A stretch of DNA of 64,000 bases from Dehalococcoidia bacterium (GTDB lineage Bacteria > Chloroflexota > Dehalococcoidia > Bin125): positions 1,460,653 through 1,524,652 of the forward strand of contig OZ242948.1 in assembly GCA_965211635.1 (NCBI GenBank), written 5' to 3'. Under the pieces are notes generated by a model. It saw nothing but the letters and a program-made list of their open reading frames with translations, did not search any database and was not told where the DNA came from. This document shows positions 17,238 to 26,021 of this stretch, in pieces (position 1 is the stretch's first letter; every line of letters begins with the position of its first letter). The position numbers and the translations under genes were made by a program.

Positions 17238-18032
17238 TTACGCGGTCACTCCGGCTAGGGCGAAGTTGCGGACGAGGTCGGCGAGGGCGGCAGGGGCCTC
17301 GAGGTCGGCGATGTGACCACTGCCCGCGAGTTCGACCGACTGCGCTCCGGGAATTGCGGCTCGCCAGATGTCGCCCATCTCGTGCGCGACGACGTTGTCG
17401 TGCTCGGAGGTGGCGATCAGCGTGCGCGTGTCGATCCGCACCAGTCGGCGTCCGACGCCGGTGTCGGGGATCGGCCAGAGGAACTTGGCCGAGGCGCGCA
17501 GGTCGAGCAGCTCCTCGACGTACGCGTCCATCGGGTCACGGTCGGCCATCAGCAGCTCGTTGCGCTTCTCGGGGTCGCTGAACAGGACGGCGGTGGGGAA
17601 GCCGGGATGCTGTGCGAACGGGTCCTCGCCGGGATGGTTCTCGGACCAGAGGCCGAGCGGATTAACCAGGGTCAGCGACTGCACGGCGTCGGGCCTGATG
17701 GCTGCGATCTCCGCGCCGATCCATGCGCCGATGCTGACGCCGACGACGTGCGCCGAACCGACGCCCAGCGTATTGAGCAGGTCGACGTTGAAAAGCACGA
17801 GGTCGAGTCCGTCGCGCACGCCGGGCAGGTCGTCCTTGGCCGGACCCCAGCCGGGCTGGTAGGGCGCGATCACATGGAAGTCTGAGGCCAGCGACTCGAG
17901 CGCGTCGCCCCAGCGCGGGATGCCGGTGATCGGGTGGAGGAACAGCAGTGCCGGGGAGTCGGCGTCGCCGCCCTGCCAGACGTGAGCGGTCTGTCCGCCG
18001 GGGGTGAGGTCAAGGGTGCTCAGTTCTGCCAT
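17238..18032 (-). CDS. Alpha/beta hydrolase
   Basis: HVVGVSIGAWIG nucleophile elbow (GxSxG); ATG at 18032 overlaps the upstream stop (TGATG). Confidence 0.7.
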   Translation of the reverse strand: MAELSTLDLTPGGQTAHVWQGGDADSPALLFLHPITGIPRWGDALESLASDFHVIAPYQPGWGPAKDDLPGVRDGLDLVLFNVDLLNTLGVGSAHVVGVSIGAWIGAEIAAIRPDAVQSLTLVNPLGLWSENHPGEDPFAQHPGFPTAVLFSDPEKRNELLMADRDPMDAYVEELLDLRASAKFLWPIPDTGVGRRLVRIDTRTLIATSEHDNVVAHEMGDIWRAAIPGAQSVELAGSGHIADLEAPAALADLVRNFALAGVTA

Positions 18033-19279
18033 CAGTTCACTCCTGCGAGATCGCGCCCCGGGGCGCGTGATTGTTGCGTCGCTATCGGTCGCGGCGACCA
18101 GTGGTCCTCGTGATCTTCCCACAAGTGTCGCAGACGCGGGATTACCTGCTCAGCAAACAGGCGCGTGCTGCGCAGGGTGAGGTCGTGTGGCATGTCGCCG
18201 ACGTGGAAGACGCCGATCAGGTGTCCGGCGCGGAGCGTCTTGACGAGGTGCTCCAACTGCTCGGTCACGGTCTGGGGCGAGCCCGCGGCGAGCGAGCCGA
18301 CGTCGAGGCGTTCCTGCCACGTCGGGATGCGCGACGGCTGCGGATTGGCCAGTTCCTCCATCGTCTGCGCGGCGCGCTCGCGGATGCCGCGTTCGGTGCG
18401 CCAGCCCGGAGCTTCGGTCCAGCCGGGGAAGTCGTCCAGCGTGTGGCGGGAGGAATACTCGAAGTGCGGCTCGTAGCGCTGCTGCGCTTCGTCGTCCGTA
18501 TCGGCGACGACGATGGTCTGCGAGACCGCGCCCTGGTAGGGGTTGGGCTCGACGCCGTGGATCTCGATGCGCGACCAGAACCCGTCCATCGCCGATTGCG
18601 CCGGGGCGATGCCGCGGCTGGCGAGGCAGACGTAGTTGTACCCGCGCTCGGCGCAGAAGTCCCAGGTCTCGGAGGAGATGCCGTCGGCGGGAATCCAGAT
18701 CGGAGGGTGCGGACGCTGGATCGGCCGCGGCCAGATGTTGACGTAGCGCAACTTGTCCGAGTCGCCATTCCAGGCGAAGACGTCCGGGTCCTGCCAGGCG
18801 CGCAAGATCAGGTCGTGGTGCTCGCGGTAGACCGAGCGAAAGTCGGAGGGATTCGCGCCGTAGGCGAAGTTGGCGTCCATCGGCGTGCCCAACGGGAATC
18901 CAGCGACAATGCGCCCGCCGGAGAGGACATCGAGCATGGCGATCTCTTCGGCGGCGCGGGTCGCAGGACGGTAGAGCGCAATCGACATGCCCAACATGAT
19001 GATCGCGGCGCGCGTCGTGCGGCGCGCCAGGACGGCGGCCATGAGCTGCGGCGACGGCATCAGGCCGAAGACGTGCTGATGATGCTCGTTGAGCACCAGC
19101 CCGTCAAACCCTGCCAGCTCGGCAAACTCAAGCTGGTCGAGGTACTCGTGATACAACTGGTGACCCTCGACCGAGTCGTACAACCGAGAGTCGGCGTCGA
19201 CCCAGACGGATCGGTTGCGCTCACGGAAGTCGTCAGGCAAATGCGGCCACGGCATCCCATGAAACCAGTGGAACTTCAC
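18032..19279 (-). CDS. LLM-class flavin-dependent oxidoreductase
   Basis: MKFHWFHGMPWPH...NEHHQ; paralog of 19399-20634. Confidence 0.85.
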   Translation of the reverse strand: MKFHWFHGMPWPHLPDDFRERNRSVWVDADSRLYDSVEGHQLYHEYLDQLEFAELAGFDGLVLNEHHQHVFGLMPSPQLMAAVLARRTTRAAIIMLGMSIALYRPATRAAEEIAMLDVLSGGRIVAGFPLGTPMDANFAYGANPSDFRSVYREHHDLILRAWQDPDVFAWNGDSDKLRYVNIWPRPIQRPHPPIWIPADGISSETWDFCAERGYNYVCLASRGIAPAQSAMDGFWSRIEIHGVEPNPYQGAVSQTIVVADTDDEAQQRYEPHFEYSSRHTLDDFPGWTEAPGWRTERGIRERAAQTMEELANPQPSRIPTWQERLDVGSLAAGSPQTVTEQLEHLVKTLRAGHLIGVFHVGDMPHDLTLRSTRLFAEQVIPRLRHLWEDHEDHWSPRPIATQQSRAPGRDLAGVN

Positions 19280-19284
19280 GAAGT

Positions 19285-19398
19285 CACCCAGCTTTGCCTG
19301 GTTTCCCGCTCCCCCTGCAAGGGGGAGCGGGGAAGATTTGGCAGCTCCCGTGGAAGGAGGGAGCGGGATTTCTCTTACAGCCGTTGATGCGGCTTTGG
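19285..19398. repeat. Family B hairpin repeat (CTCCCCCTGCAAGGGGGAG variant)
   Basis: GCTCCCGCTCCCCCTGCAAGGGGGAGCGGGGAAG ... GGAGGGAGCGGG between the two LLM paralogs. Confidence 0.7.
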
Positions 19399-20634
19399 TC
19401 AGTTCGATCCTGTCAGCACCGGAGCTGGTGTCGCGACCTGCTCGGAGTCGATTGGCTTCGGCGACCAGTGGTCTTCGTAGTCTTCCCAGATGTGCTTGAC
19501 CCTGGGCATGACTTGCTCAGCGAAGAGCTTGGTCGAGGCTCGAGCCTTGTCGTCGGGCATGTCGCCGACGTGCAGCAGGCAGACCAGGTGGCCGACCTGC
19601 AGCTTGGTCGCCAGCGCTTCGATCTGCTCGGTTACCGAGTCGGGCGAGCCGGCCACGATGTAGCCCTCGCGCACCCAGTCGTCCCAGGACAGCGTGTGGG
19701 CGACGCCCAGACCCTGCGCGCCGCCGGCGCGGAGACCGGCGCGGATCGTGTTCTCGGTGCGGTAGCCCGGCGCGTCGGCGAAACCGGGGTAGACGTGCAG
19801 GCACTTGTCGAAGAAGTACTGCATGTGCTCGGTGTACATCTGCTCGGCCTGATCGTCGGTCTCGGCGACCACGATCTGCTGCGCGAACGCGCCCTGGAAC
19901 GGGTTGAAGTCGACGCCCAGCTCGCCCAGCCGGTTCCAGAAGCCCTGCATCAGCGCCTCGCCACGGACGTAGCCGTTGAACGACAGATACGAGTAGTTGT
20001 AGCCCATCTCGGCGCAGAAGTCCCAGGTCTCAACCGAGCCGCCGCCGGGAATCCAGATGGGCGGGGGCTGCTGGATCGGGCGCGGCCAGAGGTTGACGTA
20101 GCGAATCTTGTTGTACTCGCCGTTCCAGGAGAAGACCTCCGGGTCCTCCCAGGCGCGGCGGATCAGGTCGTGGTTCTCGCGGTACTTGTCACGCAGCGTG
20201 GCTGGGTTCGAGCCGAAGCAGAAGTTGTCGTCCATTGACGTGCCGACCGGGAATCCCGCGACCAGGCGGCCGCCCGACATCACGTCGAGCATCGCCATCT
20301 CTTCCGCCACACGGGTCGGCGGGTTGTACAGGGCGATCGACTGACCCAGCAGCAGCAGCGTCACGTCCTTGGTCCGACGCGCTAGCGACGCCGCCATGAT
20401 CTGCGGCGAGGGCATCATCCCGTAGGCGTTCTGGTGATGCTCGTTGACGCCAATCCCGTCGAAGCCCAGATTGGCCGCATACTCAAGCTGGTCGAGGTAC
20501 TCGTTGTACACCCGGTGCCCCTCGACCGGGTCGTAGAGCCGAGAGTCGACATCGACCCAGACGGAGCGATTCGTCTCGCGGAAATCGTCCGGCAGGTGAG
20601 GCCAGGGCATCAGGTTGAACCAGTGGAACTTCAT
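19399..20634 (-). CDS. LLM-class flavin-dependent oxidoreductase (paralog)
   Basis: MKFHWFNLMPWPH start at 20634 within the longer ORF; about 70% identical to 18032-19279. Confidence 0.85.
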   Translation of the reverse strand: MKFHWFNLMPWPHLPDDFRETNRSVWVDVDSRLYDPVEGHRVYNEYLDQLEYAANLGFDGIGVNEHHQNAYGMMPSPQIMAASLARRTKDVTLLLLGQSIALYNPPTRVAEEMAMLDVMSGGRLVAGFPVGTSMDDNFCFGSNPATLRDKYRENHDLIRRAWEDPEVFSWNGEYNKIRYVNLWPRPIQQPPPIWIPGGGSVETWDFCAEMGYNYSYLSFNGYVRGEALMQGFWNRLGELGVDFNPFQGAFAQQIVVAETDDQAEQMYTEHMQYFFDKCLHVYPGFADAPGYRTENTIRAGLRAGGAQGLGVAHTLSWDDWVREGYIVAGSPDSVTEQIEALATKLQVGHLVCLLHVGDMPDDKARASTKLFAEQVMPRVKHIWEDYEDHWSPKPIDSEQVATPAPVLTGSN

Positions 20635-20743
20635 GGGAAAACTCCTTGCGTCGGAGGCAGTCGCGGGTATCGAAGTCAGTGTAGACGGTGGCATGCCGAA
20701 TCAGGAGTAGACTCGAACGTGAGGTAGGGAGCGAGTTCGGTTC

Positions 20744-21061
20744 GTGAGCAAACCCATCAACGACGACATCCGATTCATGCTGGCGGGCGGGCCTCGCGTC
20801 CCCCGTCCCGAGGATCCCGACGCCTGGCGAGCGATCTGCGATTCCTACGAGCGCAACGAGGCCTGGTACGACGAGCACGTTGACGAGGTGTGGGCAGACC
20901 GAAGCGAGGCGTGGGTCGTGGTCTACGATGACGCGTGCCTCAGGGCCTCCAACGATCTGACTGGTTTGTTCAGGTGGCTCAGCGACCAGGAGCCGCTGAG
21001 TCGGATTGGCGCGTATGGTCCGGTGACCAGACCTGGACAAAACAGGGCCCTGATCCTTTGA
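20744..21061 (+). CDS. Hypothetical small protein (possible partner of the downstream protease)
   Basis: 105 aa with GTG start; W.VVYDD..L.AS.DL..L motif weakly reminiscent of DUF5678-like small proteins (low confidence). Confidence 0.35.
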   Translation: MSKPINDDIRFMLAGGPRVPRPEDPDAWRAICDSYERNEAWYDEHVDEVWADRSEAWVVVYDDACLRASNDLTGLFRWLSDQEPLSRIGAYGPVTRPGQNRALIL

Positions 21062-21120
21062 GCCGCACTGTCCAAGGTCACTTTCGTCAGACCCCAGGCG
21101 CGTCGTCCCTGGTCCCGGCC

Positions 21121-21540
21121 ATGCCCTTCGTCAACGTGCGCTTCCCGGGTACCACCGGAGAATTCGGGTACGAGTTCCTGATCGACACGGGCGCAGATTT
21201 CACCACTCTCAACCCGCGAGACGCCGTCGCCGTCCTCGGCGCCGGGTACTTCAACATCGACTTCGCCGATACCGTCCGGCAGATCAGGATGACCGGGATC
21301 GGCCAGGGCGATTCGGTTGGCCTGCTGTTTCCATCAGAGCTACAACTGCTGGCGTCCGATGGCGAGTGGATCAACGTCGAACTCCCAATCCTCATTCCGG
21401 AACCTATGCCGCGTGTCCCCGGAGATCATGGCAACTGGCAGCTTCCCTCACTCCTCGGCCGAGACATCCTCAGCCACTTCGACCTCGCCCTCTCCTACAA
21501 GCCGCCCGCGGTCTCGCTGACGGAGGCGGCGCTGGTGTGA
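21121..21540 (+). CDS. Retropepsin-like (clan AA) aspartic protease
   Basis: FLIDTGADFTTL (D-T-G-A active-site signature) followed by the GIGQG flap-like segment; about 139 aa single domain. Confidence 0.7.
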   Translation: MPFVNVRFPGTTGEFGYEFLIDTGADFTTLNPRDAVAVLGAGYFNIDFADTVRQIRMTGIGQGDSVGLLFPSELQLLASDGEWINVELPILIPEPMPRVPGDHGNWQLPSLLGRDILSHFDLALSYKPPAVSLTEAALV

Positions 21541-21577
21541 TAGGTTGGCTCGCTACGCTGACGATGGGAGCTAGCCA

Positions 21578-22129
21578 ATGACCATCAAGCAACCCCCCGA
21601 CGCCACTGCCCAGGAACTGCTGAGCGCAGCCCGCGAGCTGGCTTGGTCCGACGACGAATCCGCCGCCGTCGACGCCTACGACTGCGCCATCCGCGCAGTC
21701 GAGCAGGCATTCCGCAGCATCGCCACGCCCGACAACCCCACCGACGACCTCGGCGTGATCCTCAAGCACTGGCAAGACCGTCCCGACCTCTGGTGCGAGG
21801 GCTACTCCAGTGTCCTGGATATCGACACGGTCATGCCGGTGCTCGCTGATCTCTGGGAGAGACGACCGGAAGCGGATGAGGCCTTCCCTGTGTCTCTCGA
21901 AGACGCCCGCACTGCGCTGGTAATCGCCGAATGGATCCTGAAGCTGTTCGACCTGGGCTTCATTGAACTCCTGGACGAACTCACGCCTGAGGAAGAGGCG
22001 GCGGATCTAGCGTTGGCGGAACAGCGATCGCGGGAGCGCGAAGAACGCAAGCGTCTCGGGGTGGAGGAGGAGACCATCCCGTGGGAGGAAGTGGAAGAGC
22101 GTCTTGCCGCCCGGTGGCGTAAGGAATGA
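21578..22129 (+). CDS. Antitoxin-like protein: unknown N-terminal domain plus C-terminal CHP02574-like addiction-module component
   Basis: C-terminal ...EETIPWEEVEERL tail typical of RelE-partner antitoxins; GGGAG ribosome-binding site 7 nt before the ATG; ATGA overlap with the RelE gene. Confidence 0.5.
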   Translation: MTIKQPPDATAQELLSAARELAWSDDESAAVDAYDCAIRAVEQAFRSIATPDNPTDDLGVILKHWQDRPDLWCEGYSSVLDIDTVMPVLADLWERRPEADEAFPVSLEDARTALVIAEWILKLFDLGFIELLDELTPEEEAADLALAEQRSREREERKRLGVEEETIPWEEVEERLAARWRKE

Positions 22130-22404
22130 CAGACAGGTCGCGGCTGCCCTATCGGGTCGTCACAGAGCCGAGAGTTGAACGGCAGTTGGCGCGTCTCGAG
22201 AGGCGGGACCTTGCTTCAGTCAGGAAGAAGATTCGCGGCCTCGCCGTCGAGCCTCGTCCGCGGCGAGTGCTCCACCTCGGAGACAGTGAGTATCGTGTGC
22301 GCCAGGGCAACTGGCGCATCTTCTACGACATCAATGACGCCGAGCGAATCGTCACCATCACCGACGTCCTACGCCGAAACGAACGCACCTATCGTGATCG
22401 CTAG
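22126..22404 (+). CDS. RelE/ParE family toxin
   Basis: Y.V......L..L...........I..L...P......L.G....YRVRQGNWRIFYDI.D....V.I..V..R..Y pattern. Confidence 0.75.
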   Translation: MTDRSRLPYRVVTEPRVERQLARLERRDLASVRKKIRGLAVEPRPRRVLHLGDSEYRVRQGNWRIFYDINDAERIVTITDVLRRNERTYRDR

Positions 22405-22634
22405 CCGCGCGGCGGGAACGGGTCCTTTGCCGGAGGGATTGTGTTCTTCTGGCGAATCTGTCCCTGCTTGTTATGGGTAACCAGTTCGCCACCACCTTGC
22501 TTGGCCAAGCCTCGGCGAGCCGCTCGCTGAGCTGCCGCCTGGGTCCCGTGAACGCTCGACGCCCGCTGATTGCCCGCCTTCTTGTTTGCCCAACCATTGC
22601 CTCGGGGTGTCACGTGCCTAGCATTGCGAGCCAT
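22401..22634 (-). CDS. DUF2188 domain protein
   Basis: MARNARHVTPRGNGWANKKAGNQRASSVHGTQAAAQRAARRGLAKQGGGELVTH..GQIRQKNTIPPAKDPFPP matches the DUF2188 consensus nearly position by position. Confidence 0.6.
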   Translation of the reverse strand: MARNARHVTPRGNGWANKKAGNQRASSVHGTQAAAQRAARRGLAKQGGGELVTHNKQGQIRQKNTIPPAKDPFPPRG

Positions 22635-22683
22635 TTTCGACCCTTCATGTACTCGACGGCTTCGATTTCGATCAGCCGACTAT

Positions 22684-22989
22684 TCAGTTGTACCGAGATG
22701 AAACCCAGTTGTCAATCCTCGGTTCGCTTGTCCAACAACCGACCCACCAACTCCTCCACCCGCCGACCCTCCGGCGACTCCGACAGCCACTGGCGTATCT
22801 CCCGACGTGCGACCGTGACCGACGTGGATTGGCCGTTTTCCTCCCGCTCGGCCCGAATCTGGTCCCACAGAGCCTTCGCGCCGGCCGCAGCATCCTTACC
22901 AGCCTGGGCAATCTCGACGTGCAGCGAGTCGGAGTCGTCGTATCATTCGTTGGAACGGGGCGCGACTGCGCCGTAGGACTCTCCCTCAT
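22684..22989 (-). pseudogene. Small ORF disrupted by a +1 frameshift / in-frame TGA
   Basis: Frame A gives MRESPTAQSRPVPTND...; the adjacent frame gives a protein-like DDSDSLHVEIAQAGKDAAAGAKALWDQIRAEREENGQ...LDKRTED with no start of its own. Confidence 0.3.
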
Positions 22990-23009
22990 CGGGACGGGAA
23001 AGCGATATT

Positions 23010-23615
23010 GTGCCGCTCTTTCGCCGAAATCCCGACGGGAACGCGTTCAATGAGCGACTCTCCTTGCCTTATGAGCTTAGGACTCAGGATTTCTCCCTTG
23101 TCATGCAGGACGTCTATGACTTCTTCTACGATGTGAACACTCATCTGCAGGGCAAGGGCATCAGGCGACTTGACGAAATGCTGCGACCAGCTGCAATGTC
23201 AGGCCTCATCTCCGACATGGTCTCGGCGAGTTTGGCTCGCCACTCACGAGTCTTGGTCGAGAATACCTATCACAACGGCCATCCGGACCTCATTGTTAAC
23301 GGAGTCTACCCGAACGACTCGGTCAAGTCCGGGTCGGAGGGCGTCGAGATCAAGACAACACGCAAACGCGGCGGCGCGGTTGATACTCACGGCGCACGCG
23401 ACCAATGGATGTGTGTGTTCGTCTACCAAGTCGACAACACTACGGAACCTGCCGTCGACAGAGCTCCAATGCGTTTCACAGAAATCTATCTTGGCCATGT
23501 GACGGTTGATGACTTTCGTCGGAATCCCCGCGGGGAGTTGGGAACGAGAACTGCGACCCTTGACAGATATGGCATTCGAAAGCTCCGCCAGAGCTGGGTG
23601 TACTTGGACACTTAA
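23010..23615 (+). CDS. Type II restriction endonuclease (PD-(D/E)xK)
   Basis: GHPDLIV...(20 aa)...EGVEIKT catalytic motif; lower GC (about 53%) than surroundings; convergent with and overlapping the MTase gene. Confidence 0.6.
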   Translation: MPLFRRNPDGNAFNERLSLPYELRTQDFSLVMQDVYDFFYDVNTHLQGKGIRRLDEMLRPAAMSGLISDMVSASLARHSRVLVENTYHNGHPDLIVNGVYPNDSVKSGSEGVEIKTTRKRGGAVDTHGARDQWMCVFVYQVDNTTEPAVDRAPMRFTEIYLGHVTVDDFRRNPRGELGTRTATLDRYGIRKLRQSWVYLDT

Positions 23616-24789
23616 TCTTCTCCAGTGCAGGAATAGCCGATTCGGCCACCTTCACATACCGGGAGTCGTGTTCTATGCCGACGCTACTGAACTCGAAGTG
23701 ATTGGCCGCCGCCAGAGTAGAGCCGGAGCCGGCAAACGGATCCAGGATGACGCCTTGCTCCATGGGCAGCGCCGCTCGAACCAGCTGCCTCAAGAACGCT
23801 TGTGGCTTCAACGACGGATGCGGCGCCAGTTCTTTCTCTTTGGGTCGCGTTGGACTCGATCTGATGACGTCGCCGAAAGGCCGTTGGTCCGACAACCTTC
23901 GTAAACCGCCTGTCCCCCAGGTCCTGAGGTTGTCTTGCACGCGGCCTTCCAGGGGCTTGCGAAACAGCAACCATGGTTCGGACATCGACCGGGGCATGAC
24001 AGTGACCTGCGAAAACTCATCATGGGCGTTCTTCGGGCGATCGCCACCGCGCATTGTCATCACGAGACGCGTCACAACCCCTCGGTTCTCGAGTCCCGAA
24101 CTCGCGAGGGCTGACGCGACCACATGCGACACCAGTGGATTGGAGGCGACGAACACATGGGCTCCAGGCACCAGCACTCTGGTTGCTTCGTGTCCAAGGC
24201 GATGAAAGAACTCACTCATGTATTGCAAGTCTGCGGCCTTTAGTGTCGTAAACCGAGGTACGGGCGACCTTTGGTGTCCATCAAACGATGGAGGGATTCT
24301 CCAAACACCGCCCTTGCCCTCGCGCAACTTCTGCTGCTCCGTCTCCGTGTACTCGACTAAGCCGTAAGGAGGGTCTGTGACTATCGCATGAAAGCTGTTC
24401 TCTGAGCAAGACCGGAACCACTCAAAGCAATCGGCTTGATACAGCGCTGCGCCTCCGTGTTCGAGTGTGGGAGCGTTGTAGTAGGCGACGGATTCCTCGA
24501 CAGATGGCCGGGCTCTCAAAGCGGTCCTCTTCAACCGATACAGACCATGCCCCGTTCTTTCAAATGTGTCGGGACGAAGCCGCAAGTACGACCGCACTGA
24601 GGACGCGGGTACGTGGCCAAGTTCTGCCTCAACGGCACTTCTGATCTCTGTCACGCTCGCATCTCCATACAGCCCGCCTAGGAAGCCGACTATCGCATCC
24701 CTGACGGTGCCTGGCGAGTGTTTGCGCTGTGTCACGCTGCGTCTCCTTGCGTCAGGGTTCAAGGTAGACGTCCAGACGTCAAAAGGCAA
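23476..24789 (-). CDS. Beta-class DNA methyltransferase (N4-C/N6-A) with N-terminal winged-helix-like extension
   Basis: Motif IV AIVTDPPYGL precedes motif I VILDPFAGSGSTLAAA (beta-class order); C-terminal tail overlaps the REase gene by about 140 nt. Confidence 0.8.
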   Translation of the reverse strand: MPFDVWTSTLNPDARRRSVTQRKHSPGTVRDAIVGFLGGLYGDASVTEIRSAVEAELGHVPASSVRSYLRLRPDTFERTGHGLYRLKRTALRARPSVEESVAYYNAPTLEHGGAALYQADCFEWFRSCSENSFHAIVTDPPYGLVEYTETEQQKLREGKGGVWRIPPSFDGHQRSPVPRFTTLKAADLQYMSEFFHRLGHEATRVLVPGAHVFVASNPLVSHVVASALASSGLENRGVVTRLVMTMRGGDRPKNAHDEFSQVTVMPRSMSEPWLLFRKPLEGRVQDNLRTWGTGGLRRLSDQRPFGDVIRSSPTRPKEKELAPHPSLKPQAFLRQLVRAALPMEQGVILDPFAGSGSTLAAANHFEFSSVGIEHDSRYVKVAESAIPALEKIKCPSTPSSGGAFECHICQGSQFSFPTPRGDSDESHQPSHGQDRFL

Positions 24790-24952
24790 GGCTCTGTCGA
24801 GCGGAGCCAGCGATGGAGCGGCGGAGCGGGACCCCCTCCGCCTTCGGCACTTCCCCCTGCAAGGGGGAGGGGGAAGAGTGAGGCCTGGGTCTCCAGAGGG
24901 ACAGGGGCGAGATCGTCAGTGGGCTAGACCAACCCGCACATACACTGACTGC

Positions 24953-25834
24953 ATGAGCTCCCGCGATGCGACCTGCTATCGGCATACGGATACCTGGGCG
25001 GGGGTTCTTTGCCAGCGTTGCAACCGGCCGATATGCACGCAGTGCATGGTTCAGGCTCCGGTCGGCTTTCAGTGTCCGGAGTGCGTGGCCGAGGGGCGGC
25101 GACGGACTCGCGAGTGGTCGACGGCGTCGCCTTACCGGGTCACACAGGCGTTGGCGCTGGTCAACGCGCTGATCTGGCTGGTCGTATCGGTGTACACGGG
25201 GTCGCTGTCGCTGTGGGGCAGCGGTGTCAGCGAGATTCACCGCGACTTTGCGCTGCACGGGGCGTTTGTGCATGAGGAGGGCGAGTGGTGGCGGCTGGCT
25301 ACGTCGGCGTTCCTGCACTACGGGCTGCTGCACATGGTGATGAACATGTTCATCCTCGTGCTGCTGGGTCGGATGCTGGAGCCGGCGATCGGCGGCTGGA
25401 GGATGCTGCTGCTGTACGCGGTGTCGCTGACCGGCGGCGCGCTGGGCGCGCTGCTGGTCGAGCCGAACGCGTTCACGGCGGGGGCGTCGGGCTCGGTCTT
25501 CGGCTTGGCCGGCGCGGTGGTGATCGCCGAGCGAGCATCGGGTCGGCGCTGGCAGGACTCGGGCATCCTGGTGTTCCTGATCATCAACATCGTCTTCTCG
25601 CTGCTGATTCCAAGGATCAGCATCGGCGGACACCTGGGCGGGATGATCGTGGGCGCCGTGGCGGCGTTGATCCTCTGGAGTTTCCCCAACTGGACGGGAT
25701 TCATCCGCACGGCGACGAACATCAAGGTGCTGCGTCCGCTGCCGGAGCTGTCGGTCTTCGGACTGGGCGTGCTCTGCGTCTACCTGGCGCTGGAGCTGGC
25801 GGCGCCTCGCTGGTCGGATCCGCTCTTCGGGTAG
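24953..25834 (+). CDS. Rhomboid-family intramembrane serine protease with N-terminal zinc ribbon
   Basis: C..C.....C..C zinc ribbon; GASGSVFGL (catalytic Ser) and GHLGG (catalytic His); multiple TM helices. Confidence 0.8.
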   Translation: MSSRDATCYRHTDTWAGVLCQRCNRPICTQCMVQAPVGFQCPECVAEGRRRTREWSTASPYRVTQALALVNALIWLVVSVYTGSLSLWGSGVSEIHRDFALHGAFVHEEGEWWRLATSAFLHYGLLHMVMNMFILVLLGRMLEPAIGGWRMLLLYAVSLTGGALGALLVEPNAFTAGASGSVFGLAGAVVIAERASGRRWQDSGILVFLIINIVFSLLIPRISIGGHLGGMIVGAVAALILWSFPNWTGFIRTATNIKVLRPLPELSVFGLGVLCVYLALELAAPRWSDPLFG

Positions 25835-25839
25835 CGGCT

Positions 25840-25980
25840 TTCTCTCTACCCCCGCTCTGAGGGGGGGAGGTGTCGCGTAGCGACAGAGTGGGGCTGCGAG
25901 GAGATTGCAGAAGTCGGCGTGCCCCCTTCAGTCCCTACGGGACAGCTTCCCCCAAAGGGGGGAAGCGGGAAAAGGCGCCG
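25840..25980. repeat. Family B hairpin repeats (two units, one inverted)
   Basis: CCCCGCTCTGAGGGGGGG..GTCGCGTAGCGAC.. and CAGTCCCTACGGGACAGCTTCCCCCAAAGGGGGGAAG. Confidence 0.7.
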
Positions 25981-26021
25981 ACTATCATCTCCATGAGCAC
26001 GACGAAGAGAGGCAGCAAGCA

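Noticed and set aside
22473-23053. Plus-strand ORFs 22473-22976 and 22688-23053
   Set aside because: No domain-like sequence. They overlap the better-supported minus-strand DUF2188 gene and the frameshifted remnant.
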